A stretch of DNA of 64,000 nt from Octopus vulgaris (GCA_951406725.2 OX597828.1:44640001-44704000); one strand, 5' to 3'; shown: positions 36,360 to 50,590, numbered from the stretch's first letter. Notes: generated from the sequence alone by a model not told the origin. Numbers and translations are program-made.

Positions 36360-37593
36360 GTCATCCCATAAATAATGCAGATTTTTATACTTCTTTTACT
36401 TTTCAAAATTATGATAAACAAAGTGTTTTTTTAATCTAAAATTTACCCTCCTTCATTTTCTACAATGCTCTTCCATCTATCTGGTAGACTTGCAAGGCCC
36501 CTCTTCTAAAATTCACTTGTCCGTGACAAAAAATATTCCTCCAGTACTGTTCTCACCTCGTCTACAGAGTTCATAATTTTTCTGTCCAAATGATTTTGAA
36601 GACTGTGGAATAGGTGATAATCAGATGAGGCAATGTCTAGTGAATACGATACATGGGACATCGTTTACCATTCAAACTGTTCCAGCCTTTAGAATGTCAT
36701 CCTCGCTGTATGTGGCCGAGCATTATCCTGATGGAAGAACACCTTTCATCTTGAAACCAAAGATGGTTCTTTTCCTTCTAGCGCTGACTTAAATCACTGA
36801 AGCTGCTTGCAGCATATCTCCTTTGTTATCGTTTGGTTTTAGTTTTAAAGTTTAAAGTAGACTAAACCTTTCATATCTTACCAAACAGATAACAACACCT
36901 TACATGGGTAAAGACCTTCTTTAGCCTGGGATGCTGGTGTTTCTCCTTTCCCTACCCAATGTTTTTGGTGATTGACATTTTTATAGAGAACACATTTTTC
37001 TTCACCAGTCACTATTTGGTCAAAAACAGGTACATTCGTAAGACATGACAGCAAAGAAGAGCATGTATTCACTCTCTGTGCATGATTAGACTTGGAAAGT
37101 TTGTGAGGAATCCATTGACCCAATTTGCTGACTTTTCCGATGGTACGCAGGTGTCGATGGATGGTTGAATGATCAAATCCAAGCTTCACTGCTAGTGGAT
37201 TTTGTTCAACCAGGATTTGCAGGATGCCCTTGTTGAGCTCAACAGATCTTCCAGGATGAGGCTCATCTTCTAGGCTGTAATTTCCAGCTCGGAATTTCTG
37301 AAGCCATGGTTGACACTGACTTATGCTTATTGTCCAATCCCTATATACGGCATTACTATTCCTCACACTTTCCATTGCGTTGTTGCCTTTATTGAACTCA
37401 AAGCAAAATATGCCAAATATGCTCTTTTATCACTTCCATTATAGCTTTGAAAAAACAACTGTTAAAATCCAACTGCACTCTTTAAAATTACTACCTGCTT
37501 TTGTAGCAAGTTGATGCAGGTAGTTTATCCCATCCCGATCCAACTTTTAGTTCATGCAATTGAAAAAAACAGCATTATTTATCGGATGACCCA

Positions 37594-37594
<1 letters not shown>
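36356..37594 (-). mobile_element. Full-length decayed mariner transposon (1239 bp)
   Basis: TA-flanked TIRs ttgggtcatcccataaataatgc / gcattatttatcggatgacccaa. Transposase about 37438-36437 with WIPHKL, IVTGEEK, FHQDNARPH and YSLDIASSDYHLF motifs; broken frame. Confidence 0.93.
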
Positions 37595-37628
<34 letters not shown>

Positions 37629-37654
37629 GATAGATAGATAGATAGATAGATAGA

Positions 37655-37843
37655 TGGGCAGAATTCGTAAAAAAACAAAAGATGAAGACATGTGGTATAG
37701 ACAACAAATGGATGTATTAGTATAATGCTCAGGAAGTGAAAAAGTCTTTAACGTTTCGAGCCTACGCTCTTCCACAGAAAGGAAGACAGAAAGAAACAAG
37801 AAGAGAATAAAGAATGTGTAGTGGCTAGCGATCTATCATGGCA
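37655..37843 (-). mobile_element. ~190-bp element with variant HHR-like motif (family of 11543-11725)
   Basis: Minus strand ctttCTGTGGAagagcgtaggctcGAAACGTTaaag. Confidence 0.65.
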
Positions 37844-38641
37844 AATATATATATATTCATACATATACACACATACTTATTTGTACATATTTATGTATAT
37901 ATGCACACACATACATTCTGTTTTTCTAAGTTACATTTGAGAAAGTACTCGAGTCTTATCCGGGTATTTTTTAAAACAAAAAGAGAGAGAGAGAGAGAGA
38001 CAGATAGAGAACACAATATATTTGTTTCCCTTAAGTAATGCACAAATCTTTACTGGGAGAGCATAAAAGTTCGCGAAAGGTTTAAACAATTCTATCTTGT
38101 TAACAACACAAAGAGCCTATGCGTAATACTTCAGGTCACATGCAATTGTTTACAGCAATTTAGAAATTAAATCAACCATAGAATTCTGTGTATTTAGGGT
38201 TGTTTGTTAACATAATAAAACTTTCCTGTAAATGGAAATTATTAGTAGAATGTTCGCTTTTGCTTAACTATGATTTAGTTTTCTCTTTCTTGAGTAAATA
38301 CAGGTCTGGTCCTCACATGATGCTAAAACTGTAGAGGTGTATAGGCATGCAAATGTATATACCAGTGTGTTTATGTTCTCACGCATGTTTGTATGTGTGT
38401 GTGTGTGTGTGTGTGTGTTAGTGTGGGTAGTGTGTATGTCTACATTACATTCTTACACATATGTATATATGTAAGTGTATATATGTAAGTATTTAGGTGC
38501 ATATGTGTGTGTGTGTGTATATACATATACACACAAACATATATGCTTATATGCAAGTTCATATATACTTATATATATATATGTACATATATATACACAC
38601 TACACACAGACACACATACACACACACACACACAATCACAC

Positions 38642-38675
<34 letters not shown>

Positions 38676-38676
38676 C

Positions 38677-38735
<59 letters not shown>

Positions 38736-38859
38736 CATACGTATATACATACATAGATACATATATACGTATATATATATATATATATACATATATCGTA
38801 TATACCTGCACTTACATAACACACACACATACAAACACAGGCGTACACACACACATATA

Positions 38860-38900
<41 letters not shown>

Positions 38901-39368
38901 TGTAAATGAGCGTGTTTGTGTATATATTTACATACATCTAATTTGTATGTATACAAAATAATCATATATCCATACATACATACAGACATACAACATATAT
39001 ACCTGCACATACATAACTGAAACACACACACACACACATACATATGCACACAAAGGCGCACACACATTTATGAGTGTGTATGTGTATATATGTACATCCA
39101 TCTTATTGTATACAAAATAACCCTATATATCCATGCATACGTATGCATATATATACCATGTATGCCTGTGTATACATAACACATACAGACACAAACACTC
39201 ACATACATACACACACACATACTCACACACACACATACACATACACATACATACATAAGTGAGCATGTGTATATATATTTACAACCATTTTATTGAATGC
39301 ATATAAAATAACCATATATCTTCACATACACATATATACAACATACACACACATGCAAACACACACAG

Positions 39369-39401
<33 letters not shown>

Positions 39402-40083
39402 CTCACACACACACACGCACACACACACACAAACAGATGCTCATACACACGCACATGTGCTCGCATACATACATATATACATATATATGCGTGTGCATGT
39501 GTATATATCTACATTCGTTTTATTGAATGCATACAAAGTAACCATATATCTCCCCCCCCACCACACACAAGCCCAAACACACGCACACACACATACACAC
39601 ACACATACATGTGTATTTAGGAACAGGCATGATTATGTGTCTAACTAGTTTACTTATTAAACACACAGCTGCAGTATTCCCTCACACACATAGCTCTGTT
39701 GTTTTAACACATACACATCCGTGCTTACATAAGTCACATGAGATTTTGTTAAGACAGTCTTCTATGGTTGAGTAACCTTCCTGACAAGAACCCTCACCTT
39801 TTCCTAAACAAGGTCATATTTTTGACATGTTATAAACAAATGACACCCTGCTTCTATGAACAGTATGCAAGTACATGAACTTGGGTTGGTGTATTGGTAT
39901 AAGTACAGCTGTATAGGTATGTGTGTGTGTGTTTGTGTGCATATGTGTGTATAAGTGGGTGGTGCTGTATTTGTATATATATATAAACATACATGTGAGT
40001 GCATAGAGAATGTGATCAGGTAAAGTTAGGTATACATGCATGCGTATAGATTTCTGTTCATACATCTATATGTGTATATGCAT

Positions 40084-40410
40084 GGGAGTGGCTGTGTGGT
40101 AAGTAGCTTGCTTGCTTACAAACCACATGGTTCTGGGTACAGACCCACTGCATGGCACCTTGGGCAAGTGTTTTCTACTATAGCCTCGGGCCAACTAAAG
40201 CCTTGTGAGTGGATTAGGTAGACGGAAACTGAAAGAAGCCCGTCGTATATATGTATATATATATGTATGTGTGTGTGTGTGTATATGTCTGTGTGTCTGT
40301 ATTTGTCCCACCAACATCACTTGACAACTGATGCTGGTGTGTTTATGTCCCTGTAAATTAGCGGTTCGGCAAAAGACACTGATAGAATAAGTACTAGGCT
40401 TACAAAGAAT
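40084..40410 (+). mobile_element. SINE family A (3'-truncated)
   Basis: Family head and body up to cttacaaagaat. Confidence 0.88.
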
Positions 40411-40871
40411 TGGAAATGTCCCGAAAGACCAACTGACATCAACAAGTTGCTCAAAGGTGCTAGAAATGTATTGCCATCATTCAAGAAAATCTGTTTGGAA
40501 AGCGAGTTGCGAAATAGGAATTTCAAAATTAAGGGTCAATCGCATTTTGGAATGTTGTCATTGGAAAAAGTTTGCATTCCAAGATTGGTCTGTGATTTCA
40601 ATAAAGATGACCCAAGCTGAAGAGTGAGATTTTGTGAGAAGTACTTGGCAAGACATGTAGAAGATGCACATTCTTTAATAAAGCTTGTTTGGAGTGATGA
40701 GGCTAAATTAAATGGCTTGATTAACCACCATAATTGCATCTACAGGGGACCCGAGAATCTGTATATTGTGGAGGGACATCATGTTAATTCACCCGGAGCT
40801 ACAGTATGGTATGTCTTATCAAAAAGGTTAATTGGACCATGTTTTTATGATATTGTAATTAGTCCCCTTTA

Positions 40872-41484
40872 CGAGGGGGTGCTGGAAAGGTCCTGACTTT
40901 AAGGATATCTCAGAAGGCCTGATTGGAGGCCTAACCTTCTGAGTTCTTTTACAGGGCTTAGAAAAACTGAAGGACTGCTGCAATAAGTGTGTGAATCTGA
41001 GAGGAGAATATCTTTATACATAAAAGTGAGGCTGTGTGCTGTCTGTCTCCTATGATTTAAATTCCTAACTACTCCCACATTTTGCAGTGCAGTTTAACCA
41101 AAAGCGGGTATCTTATAGTCGTGATTCATATCGAGCCCTTCTGGGTATTAGCGCGCATCTACGATGAGTCTACGATTTAAAAAAAAATTACCATCAATTT
41201 TTCCCATTTTTTAATGCATTTTTGGCATATATAAGGGAAGTAACTCTCTAAAAATTTATTATTCAATCTTAGAACGTAAAAAGCTACAGTTACACCCCGC
41301 CCTTTTTGGTTAGCCATATTGAGATGACTATTATACTTAACATCTCTAAAAATGCTTATATAGTTATTTCCCTTACAAACCCGAGCAACACTGGGCGATA
41401 CTGCTAGTGTTCAATAAAATCATAATTAACTGATCTTCAAGTATTTTCTTTAACCCAAAGCCAGGAACTTTTCTGCACCCTTTG
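40872..41484 (+). mobile_element. Mariner-derived MITE
   Basis: TIRs cgagggggtgctggaaaggtcctgacttt / aaagccaggaacttttctgcaccctttg. Retains a mariner C-terminus KCVNLRGEYV once the Helitron is removed. Confidence 0.75.
41011..41407 (+). mobile_element. Non-autonomous Helitron
   Basis: 5' TC (tctttatacataaaa), 3' CTAG preceded by an imperfect GC hairpin cccgagcaacactggg, inserted between A41010 and T41408 with no target duplication. Confidence 0.8.
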
Positions 41485-41687
41485 ATACTTGAATGTTTTA
41501 TTTGAGAAACTGTCATGCCGAGCATTCAAGAGAACTCTGGAGATTTGAAGTTCTATTTCCAGAAAGACGAGGCAACCCAATATTACTATAGTAAAGTAAG
41601 AGCCTACCTTGACAAGATTTTGCCAAACAAGTGGATCAGATGAAGAGGCTGTGCAGAATATCTTCTGTGTTCACTATATCTCCCATC

Positions 41688-42148
41688 TCATCATCATCAT
41701 CATCATCATCATCGTTTAGCATCTGCTTTCCATGCTAGCATAGGTTGGACGGTTCAACTGGGGTCTGGGAAGCCAGAAGGCTGCACCAGGCTCCAGTCTG
41801 ATCTGGCAATGTTTCTACGGCTGGATGCCCTTCCTAACGCTAACCATTCCGCGAGTGTAGTGGGTGCTTTTTACGTGCCACCAGCACAGGTGCCAGACGA
41901 GGCTGGCAACAGCCACGATCGGATGGTGCTTTTTACGTGCCACTGGCACGGAGGCCAGTCTAGGTGGCGCTGGCAACGGCCACGTTCGGATGGTTCGGCA
42001 CTGGTATCACAGCTACAATTTCCATTGATGTTGATCGATTTCGATTTTGATTTTTATTTTCACTTGCCTCAACAGGTCTTCACAAGTAGAGTTTTGTGTC
42101 CCAAGAAGGAAAGGTATGCATAGGTGTCCCAAGAAGGAAAGGTATGCC
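41688..42148 (-). mobile_element. RTE LINE 3' UTR fragment
   Basis: (CAT)n tail at the left, conserved 3' end, and a duplicated gtgtcccaagaaggaaaggtatgc at its 5' junction. Confidence 0.85.
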
Positions 42149-42487
42149 ATTAAACAATTTTTTATATGGATACTTAAAAATGAAAGTTTATGGCATGAAA
42201 CCAGCAACAGTAGACGAATTGAGGGCAGTTACTGAACACATATACCAAACAATATGTTCCTTGATTTTTGTGATTCCATTGTTCATTTTATCAGCAGTGT
42301 CTGGACCAAAACAGTCATCAGTTTGAAAACAAGTCTTCATGAATAAATTCAATTCAGTCAGTAGATTCTATTAAATCTTGAAAGTGAAATGTATTTTGAT
42401 AAACATTAAGTTTATAACAATATGTGTGTACACATTTTATGGATATTCTCTGTGTGTTTGTGTGTGTGTGTCTGTGTGTATATGTAT

Positions 42488-42905
42488 ACTCTTTTACGCT
42501 TTTACTCTTTTACTTGTTTCAGTCATTTGACTGCAGCCATGCTGGAGCACCGCCTTTAATCGAGCAACTCGACCAAGGGACTTATTCTTTTTGTAAGCCC
42601 AGTACTTATTCTATTGGTCTCTTTTGGCCGAACCGCTAGGTAACGGGGACATAAACACACCAGCATCGGTTGTCAAGCAATGCTAGGGGGACAAACACAG
42701 ACACACAAACACACACACGCATATATGTATATACATATATACGACGGGCTTCTTTTCAGTTTCCGTCTACCAAATCCACTCACAAGGCATTGGTCGGCCC
42801 GAGGCTATAGTAGAAGACACTTGCCCAAGGTGCCACGCAGTGGGACTGAACCCGGAACCATGTGGTTGGTAAACAAGCTACTTACCACACAGCCACTCCT
42901 GCACC
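42488..42905 (-). mobile_element. SINE family A (full length)
   Basis: Reverse complement of family A. Confidence 0.9.
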
Positions 42906-43046
42906 TATGTATTTTATATGTGTTCACACACATATGCACACACACGTATACATACCTACATACATCTTTTCGTTTTTTTATCTTTTACTTCGTTTAGTCA
43001 TTAGACTGTGGCCATGCTGGGACACAACCTTAAATACACACACATA

Positions 43047-43210
43047 TCGTCATCATCTTTTAACGTCCGTTTTCCATGCTGGCATGGGTTGGAAGGTTTG
43101 ACTGGGGTCTGGGAAGCCAGGAGACTGCACCAGGCTCCAGTCTGATCTGGCAGTGTATTTAGAGCTGGATGCCCGTCCTAATGCCAACCACTCTGAGAGT
43201 ATAGGGGGTG
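43047..43210 (-). mobile_element. RTE LINE 3' tip
   Basis: catcatctttaacgtccgttttccatgctggcatgggttgg... Confidence 0.8.
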
Positions 43211-43277
43211 CATTTTACGCATACATGTATATTTATGTATGTATATATATATATGCATATATGTGTGTGTAGGTGTG

Positions 43278-43349
<72 letters not shown>

Positions 43350-43434
43350 TATACTGTGTATATATATACATGTATATATATATATACATATATACTTATA
43401 TATATGTATATACACACACACATATATATACACA

Positions 43435-43467
<33 letters not shown>

Positions 43468-43470
<3 letters not shown>

Positions 43471-43720
43471 AGATTCGCCGCGGCTTTTGGCTCGGCAAGT
43501 CTCGCGAAGAGACTGCGCGCTAGGAGGCGAGGAAATGAAAAAAGACGGCCGCGCGTTACGGTGGTCATCGGAAGGCGCCGGGCGGCGCCCACGGCCTAGG
43601 CCGAATCGCGCGGTCGGCGAGGCAGGAAGGAAGGAAGCCGCGACCGCTACTGCTGCGCTGTTAGAGGGCCGAATCAAGAGCATTCGGTGGTACTCGGGCG
43701 AGGGGGCCCGGCCGCGACTT
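43468..43720. other. Isolated GC/CpG-rich island of unknown origin between (TA)n tracts
   Basis: Roughly two-thirds G+C by eye with dense CpG, sharp edges and many local hairpins. Confidence 0.85.
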
Positions 43721-43736
43721 ACTATACATATATATA

Positions 43737-43796
<60 letters not shown>

Positions 43797-43872
43797 CATA
43801 CACACACACCTATATATATATATATGTATATATATAAAAGAGTAAAAAGAGTAAAAAGAGTAAAAAAAAGAG

Positions 43873-43933
<61 letters not shown>

Positions 43934-43941
43934 TATACACA

Positions 43942-43986
<45 letters not shown>

Positions 43987-44538
43987 CATATATATACATG
44001 CACACTCACACACGCACACATACATACACACATATATATACGCACATATATATATATATTTAGATTATAATATCTCATTGTAAATGAACAGCTCTCTGGA
44101 AACATGCATCATTCTAATGCAATTATCTGATTGTGCAGATGATAAAGACATATCATGACAGACAGCCACATGCATGCATTTGTCTGCATTTACATAAACA
44201 ACCACAGTAGAAACAGGGGTGGGGGAAAAATCCGAATAATTATTTTTATAGGAACGTAATCTCAATCCAAATCTTTATAAAAATGCTTAAAAGAAACCAC
44301 TAATTCCAACATGAACATAACCTCCTGACCTATGATGCAGGACAGATCAAAGTGTAGTTTCTGTAAACAGTCTTTTGTGAACCTAAAAGTAACACAAGAT
44401 CAAAGTCTTGTACAAAGAATCTTGATTAGTCGTAAGAAAAGCTTAAGTTTCTATACACTGTGATATGAATATTCTAGATCTATTACTCCTTCGCTTTCAG
44501 GTCTGACTGAACCATAATATCAGTTAATAAAATTCCAC

Positions 44539-44955
44539 AGGTGCAGGAGTGGCTGTGTGGTAAGTAGCTTGCTTACCAATCACATGGTTCTGGGTTCAGT
44601 TCCATTGCATGGCACCTTGGGCAATTGTCTTCTATTATAGCCTTGGGCTGACCAAAACCTTGTGAGTAGATTTGGTAGACGGAAACTGAAAGAATCCCAT
44701 CGTATATATATGTGTGTGTGTGTGTGTGAGTGTGTGAGTGTGTGTGTGTGTATGTGTACTTGTGCGTCTGTGTTTGTCCCCCCAACCATTGCTTGACAGC
44801 CAATGCTGGTGTGTTTACATCCCTGTAACCTAGAGGTTCAGCAAAATAATAAGTACTAGGCTTACAAAGAATAAGTTCTGGGGGTTGATTCATTTGACTA
44901 AAGGTGGTGCTGCAGCATGGTCACAGTCAAATGGCTGAAACAAGTAAAGAGAACG
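44539..44955 (+). mobile_element. SINE family A (full length)
   Basis: Family head, body and tail. Confidence 0.9.
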
Positions 44956-45493
44956 AAAAGAAAAAACGACCGATAACTCTCTACACTATATATCTCTCTC
45001 AAGCCACATCCTACAAACATACAACTTGCCTCCTCTCCTTTTCTATTCACCCACATCTTTTGTCTAACAAACATGATACTGTGTGGACAGTGGTGACGGT
45101 GGTAGAGGGGAAGGCGGTGAAGTCAAAGGTGTTGATGGTGGTGGCAGCAGAAGTCTGAATGATGCAAGCATGGCAGTTGTAACGGCGATTGTGGTGATAC
45201 TGTTGTTTATGATACAGCTTTGCAAGAAGTTCCAAGTTGACAAATTATATCATTGTTTTGATGAAAATTGTTCATTGCTTGAAAAATATTGTTCAAGTTT
45301 AATAAAATTTAATATATACATACACACCCAATCGGACGACTTTTAGGCTGGTGTGTGTGTGTGTATATATATATTTCTTTATTGCCCACAAGGGGCTAAA
45401 CATACAGGGGACAAACAAGGACAGACAAAGGGATTAAGTCAATTACATTGACCCCAGTGTGAAACTGTCACTTTATTTATACATAAATACATA

Positions 45494-45534
<41 letters not shown>

Positions 45535-45579
45535 ATATATATATTTATATATATATATATACATACATATATACATACA

Positions 45580-45646
<67 letters not shown>

Positions 45647-45710
45647 ATATATATGTGTGTATATAAAAAAAAATTAGAATAAAAACACCTCTAATCAATT
45701 CAAAATGAAT

Positions 45711-45913
45711 AATTAAATTACACCATCTAGAAAATTACATATAATAGAAAAGTTAAAATTAAAATAACAATAAAATGTAAAGATTAAGTAAATTGCAAAA
45801 ATAATAATAAAACCTATTATATACGATTTTATTATTATTTTTTTGCAATTTACTTAATCTTTACATTTTATTGTTATTCTAATTTTAACTTTTCTAGATG
45901 GTGTAATTTAATT
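45711..45913. repeat. AT-rich near-perfect palindrome
   Basis: aattaaattacaccatctagaaaa...aagtaaattgcaaaaataataataaaa is mirrored by ttttattattattttttgcaatttactt...ttttctagatggtgtaatttaatt. Confidence 0.85.
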
Positions 45914-46465
45914 GTTCAAACACTAAAACAAGGGAAATATAAAAGATAGACATGTGCGTGTGTATTTTATATTACCACCATCAACATATTCCCTGCATGC
46001 CTGAACACACACACGCAAATATTTATTCGTTTGTTACACATGAGATGTCATGCTGATTTGGCCAACTAATAACATTAAGGGTACATGTGACTCTGGCATT
46101 CTCAGCCCTTTTGCACACAGCAAGTCAATGAATATGCTGTTTATAGTCAGTTGTACAACTGATGCACTCGGTATTAAAACACACACACGTGTGTGTGTGT
46201 GTATGTGTTTTATGTATTTGTATACATATATACACATGCATAGATGCACACAAACATAGACATGTATGTATATATGTGTGTGTATGTGTGTATATATATA
46301 TATATATATAAATATATATATATGAATATATGCATATATATACATATATATGTATATATATGTGCACATATATCTATATGTCTATATATATATCTATATG
46401 TCTATATATATATATAGATGTATATATATATACACACATTCATATATATACATACATATATATAT

Positions 46466-46498
<33 letters not shown>

Positions 46499-46596
46499 GA
46501 TAGATATATATATGTATGTATATATATGAATGTATATATATATATGTGGTTTAAGCAACTTGTTGCAAAAAACCTTTTATTATAATTATATATATT

Positions 46597-46630
<34 letters not shown>

Positions 46631-47449
46631 TACACACACACTCACATCAATGAAATGTGTAGATATACCTGCATATATATATACATGCACATACACACAC
46701 ATATACATACACATATGGACACTCACATGCATGCATGCACACACACATATACATATATATATTTACATACATATGCATGTGTGTGTATATGTTTGCATAT
46801 AAATGTGTGTATGAGTGTGTACATAATTATATTACTCTAATCTAAATGGCTACTGCATGCCTCAATAAACACTAATATTTATTGAATTTCTAGTCTGTGT
46901 ATGATTTGGCCTTAGAATTACATTAAGGGTACTTTAAGGGTACATGTAACTTAACTATTTGTACTATTATTCTAAAAGTTTGTAGGGCAGTTGATCGAAC
47001 TATTGGAATATTAACTGTGGAAACCAGCATAGCTTCATTTACTTGGTTTATATACATACATACATGCTAAGTAAAATTACACAATCTATTAACGGTGAAA
47101 CAATTGTATAGAGTTAATCTATTTTTTCGTTATTTTTTATTTGTCCTGCCCGCTTACATTCTTGGCGTGTTGAATTAATGTTCGAGAACAATTCTTTAGT
47201 GGTGGATTCCCTTTGCGGATCTATTTCTAGCGTTAGAGTGACCACATGTGGTCTCTCTCTTATTACTTGTACATGCTTATGTATGTATGTATATATAAAT
47301 TTGTAAGATATAAGTTAGAGGTTATGCAACCATCTGAGGGATAGATGTATCCATAGGCACACCTGGTGTATTACCTCAGCATGTATGGTCTTTGTTATAA
47401 GGTATATGGTAGTAGGTAATTTAAGGGTAAAACTGTGGCTTAATATATT

Positions 47450-47588
47450 GAGAAGATAAGAAACGGAGCAATAATTAACAATGAGAAGTCAATCATTGGT
47501 GTTATAAAGTCATTGTTTTAAACAATGACTTTAAAATACTAATGATCCACTTCTAATTGATAATTATTGCTCCATTTCTTATCTTCTC
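47450..47588. repeat. Spacer-less imperfect palindrome centred on gtttaaac
   Basis: gagaagataagaaacggagcaataatta...aaagtcattgttt|aaacaatgacttt...taattattgctccatttcttatcttctc. Confidence 0.85.
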
Positions 47589-47750
47589 TATAAATTTCTT
47601 TACATATTTGTGTGTGTGTGTATGTGTGTGTGTGTGTGTGCATATATATGTCTTTATTTCAGTTGGTGAGAGTCTTCTGTAACATAGAATATGTTAAAGA
47701 TATTTCTTAATCCACATCATTAACTTGCTGTTATATTATTGTTGCTATAG

Positions 47751-47795
<45 letters not shown>

Positions 47796-47796
47796 G

Positions 47797-47956
47797 TTTA
47801 CGAAAATAAACAAAAGATGAAGGCAGGTGGTGTACAAACAAACAGATGTATTAGTATAACGCTCAGGAATAGAAAAAATCTTTTACGTTTCGAGCCTACG
47901 CTCTTCTGCAGAAAGATACACAGAAAAAACAAGGAGAGGAAAAAAATGTGTGTAGT
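47797..47956 (-). mobile_element. ~160-bp element with variant HHR-like motif (family of 11543-11725)
   Basis: Minus strand ctttCTGCAGAagagcgtaggctcGAAACGTAaaag. Confidence 0.65.
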
Positions 47957-49576
47957 AGATAGATAGATAGATAGATAGATAGATATAAACACACATGCAC
48001 ATATATACTTATACATACATACATACATACATACATACATACATACATACATACATGCATGCATACATACATACATACATACATACATACATACATACAT
48101 ACATACATACATACATACATACATACATACATACATACATACATACATGCATATATAGGTTTAAGTTAGAGGTATCTAAAACCTCTAAAGGATGGTTAAA
48201 TCCAAAGTTGCCCCTGGTGATTACCTGTGTAGGTACAGTCCTTGGTTAAAAGTATACCGTACTTTTAACAACCGTAGTTTAAATTATATGCTAGAAGAAA
48301 ATGGAGGAAGTCGGTCGTTTGCGCTAGTAAGCCATTAATTTAATTAATTAATAAAGAAAAGTGGTAGTAATAGTACATTTACAGTGGTTTCTGTTTACCC
48401 GTTGTAGTGGTAGACATCATCAGAATCCAGAGTCATATGTAGAGGTAAGAAGAGTGAAAAACTTAGGGATACATTGGTAATGAGAATAAAGACAAAGAAT
48501 GGTGAGGCTTACATTATAGTAGATTTCTTAGTTGATAATTCTGCTGCAGATTGGATGTAGGATGGAGGTTATTTTGATCTGTTATCCCAAGTTAAACTAA
48601 GTGCATATTTTCCACGTGTTTACTCTGGCTAGACTTTTCATCGGCGGTGTAAAGAAAGAGGGTTAACTCTAACTCATGGAGCTAACTCTATCCAGATTAC
48701 TCAGTCAGGGGTGAGTGAGGAATTTATGTGTCTTTGGGACTTAAAGTTGTAGGAAGTTTGTAGTAATGGAGGAAGCCCTGTGTAGGTGTAAAATAATTTA
48801 TTATGGGGTGTGTAAAGTGAGTGGGGAGTTGGGAGGTGAATGATTGCATGTAAGTAGTTTAAGTGGTTCCCAGTTAAATGGGATTATTTAGATGAAGATG
48901 CTAGCATAGGATTTGTACAGGGTCAAGTGGGTTTACCGATGCTTGGAAAAGACAAAGAGGCCTATATGTAGACCTCCTTTCTCACGTGTCTTTGCCTTCA
49001 CTTCATGCTCACTATCCCTCCACTTTTCACTTCACTGTGTCACTGTCATTTTTTTCTCACCCCTCCTTAATTCTTCTGTCCCTCTGCTTCTACTTCTCTC
49101 TCTTCTCTTCCCACGTGAGCGGCATTCGGCCAAGCCTGTTCTTTCTTTCTTGGTCTGGCCATTGTCCGTGCAATATCGATATTCCTCCCTGTGTTTGTGA
49201 AATCTTGTATTCCTGCTATAAGGCTTCATTTCCACACACACACCAGCTTAATTTAATTCGTCCTTAGTCGGGAGACACCTGTTGTTATGTCCTGTTATTA
49301 TTTTTATTTTTATTGAATTTGTGTAACATTGTCCGTTTTTTTCTGTCCTTGTTTTTGTATACATTCGGTGCTTTCTTCCAAGGAATCTGATGCTCTTAGA
49401 TTAGTTTTTCCTTGGGGCTGGCCAGATTGGCACAATCTCAAGTATAATCAGTGGAAATAGCGAAGATAATCTGGTACTTGACTGAGGAAAGAAAACTTCG
49501 AATGATCCGCCCTTCTTTTCTTTGTATCCTTTATCTGGATGTTTTGTGTTCTTGTCCCATTTTGTATGTATGTATG

Positions 49577-49645
<69 letters not shown>

Positions 49646-50164
49646 TATGTGATAATGCTTCAATAAGTAAAAGAGTACTTGATCAGCTAAGAGAGTGAAG
49701 ATAATCTTATAATAAAAAACTACAAGTCTTGTTATTACACTTACCCAGGGTTTCCTAATCAAAATAACAATTTATTCCATTATTTATCAAGCTGAAAACA
49801 AGACCGTCTGTCAGTTGTCCTTTGAGCTGATAACATTTCAACATGAGACACTAAAAACTAAGATAACAAAAACCCCAGAAAAGACACAAGGGAGATAACC
49901 AACATTACAATAATTCGATGTCGAACAGATATAAACAAGATGTTAATGGTTTACTTACTGTCTGGTGGCCTACTTTCAAATTCAAATAATATGTATTTCC
50001 TGAAATATGGAGATACAGGAAGAAAAATCTTGTCCCTTGAACTTATGTATTCATTGGAGATTCTCAAGTATTTTAGGAGATACAGTTTTCCACGAGAAGA
50101 TACTGATCATGTTTTGGACTCATATATGTACGTGTGTATATATATGTGTGTATAGTAAATATAC

Positions 50165-50195
<31 letters not shown>

Positions 50196-50382
50196 TATAT
50201 ATATATGTATATACATATATATATGTATGTATATATATATGTATATATATATATACACACATATATGCACACACACACATATACATACACACATGCACAC
50301 ACATACATACATGCATTTATAATATATATGTATATATAAATGGATACATACACACAGATACAAATATCTTTGTGTGTGTGTG

Positions 50383-50426
<44 letters not shown>

Positions 50427-50491
50427 GTGTGTCTATAGATATGTCATTGTATGGAATAAGAGGGGAAAATTGAGAAATTCAAGAAATTGAG

Positions 50492-50564
<73 letters not shown>

Positions 50565-50590
50565 TAGATAGATAGATAGATAGATAGATT

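Larger units (their letters stand above)
40540..42335 (+). pseudogene. Tc1/mariner-superfamily transposase remnant split by nested insertions
   Basis: VWSDEAKLNGLINHHNC...TVWYVLSKRLIGPCFY (40685-40850); FQKDEA..YYSKVRAYLDKILPNKWIR (41556-41640); FLYGYLKMKVYGMKPATVDELRA (42158-42228). Confidence 0.8.

Noticed and set aside
43468-43720. HDV-like ribozyme or coding exon in the GC island
   Set aside because: TTCCTCGC on the minus strand resembles an HDV L3 loop but I could not build P1, P2 or P3. The overlapping ORFs run into (TA)n and have no recognisable motif.
45083-45346. 87-aa ORF with a hydrophobic stretch
   Set aside because: GTG start, low-complexity GGT-rich origin and no recognisable family; not supportable as an exon.
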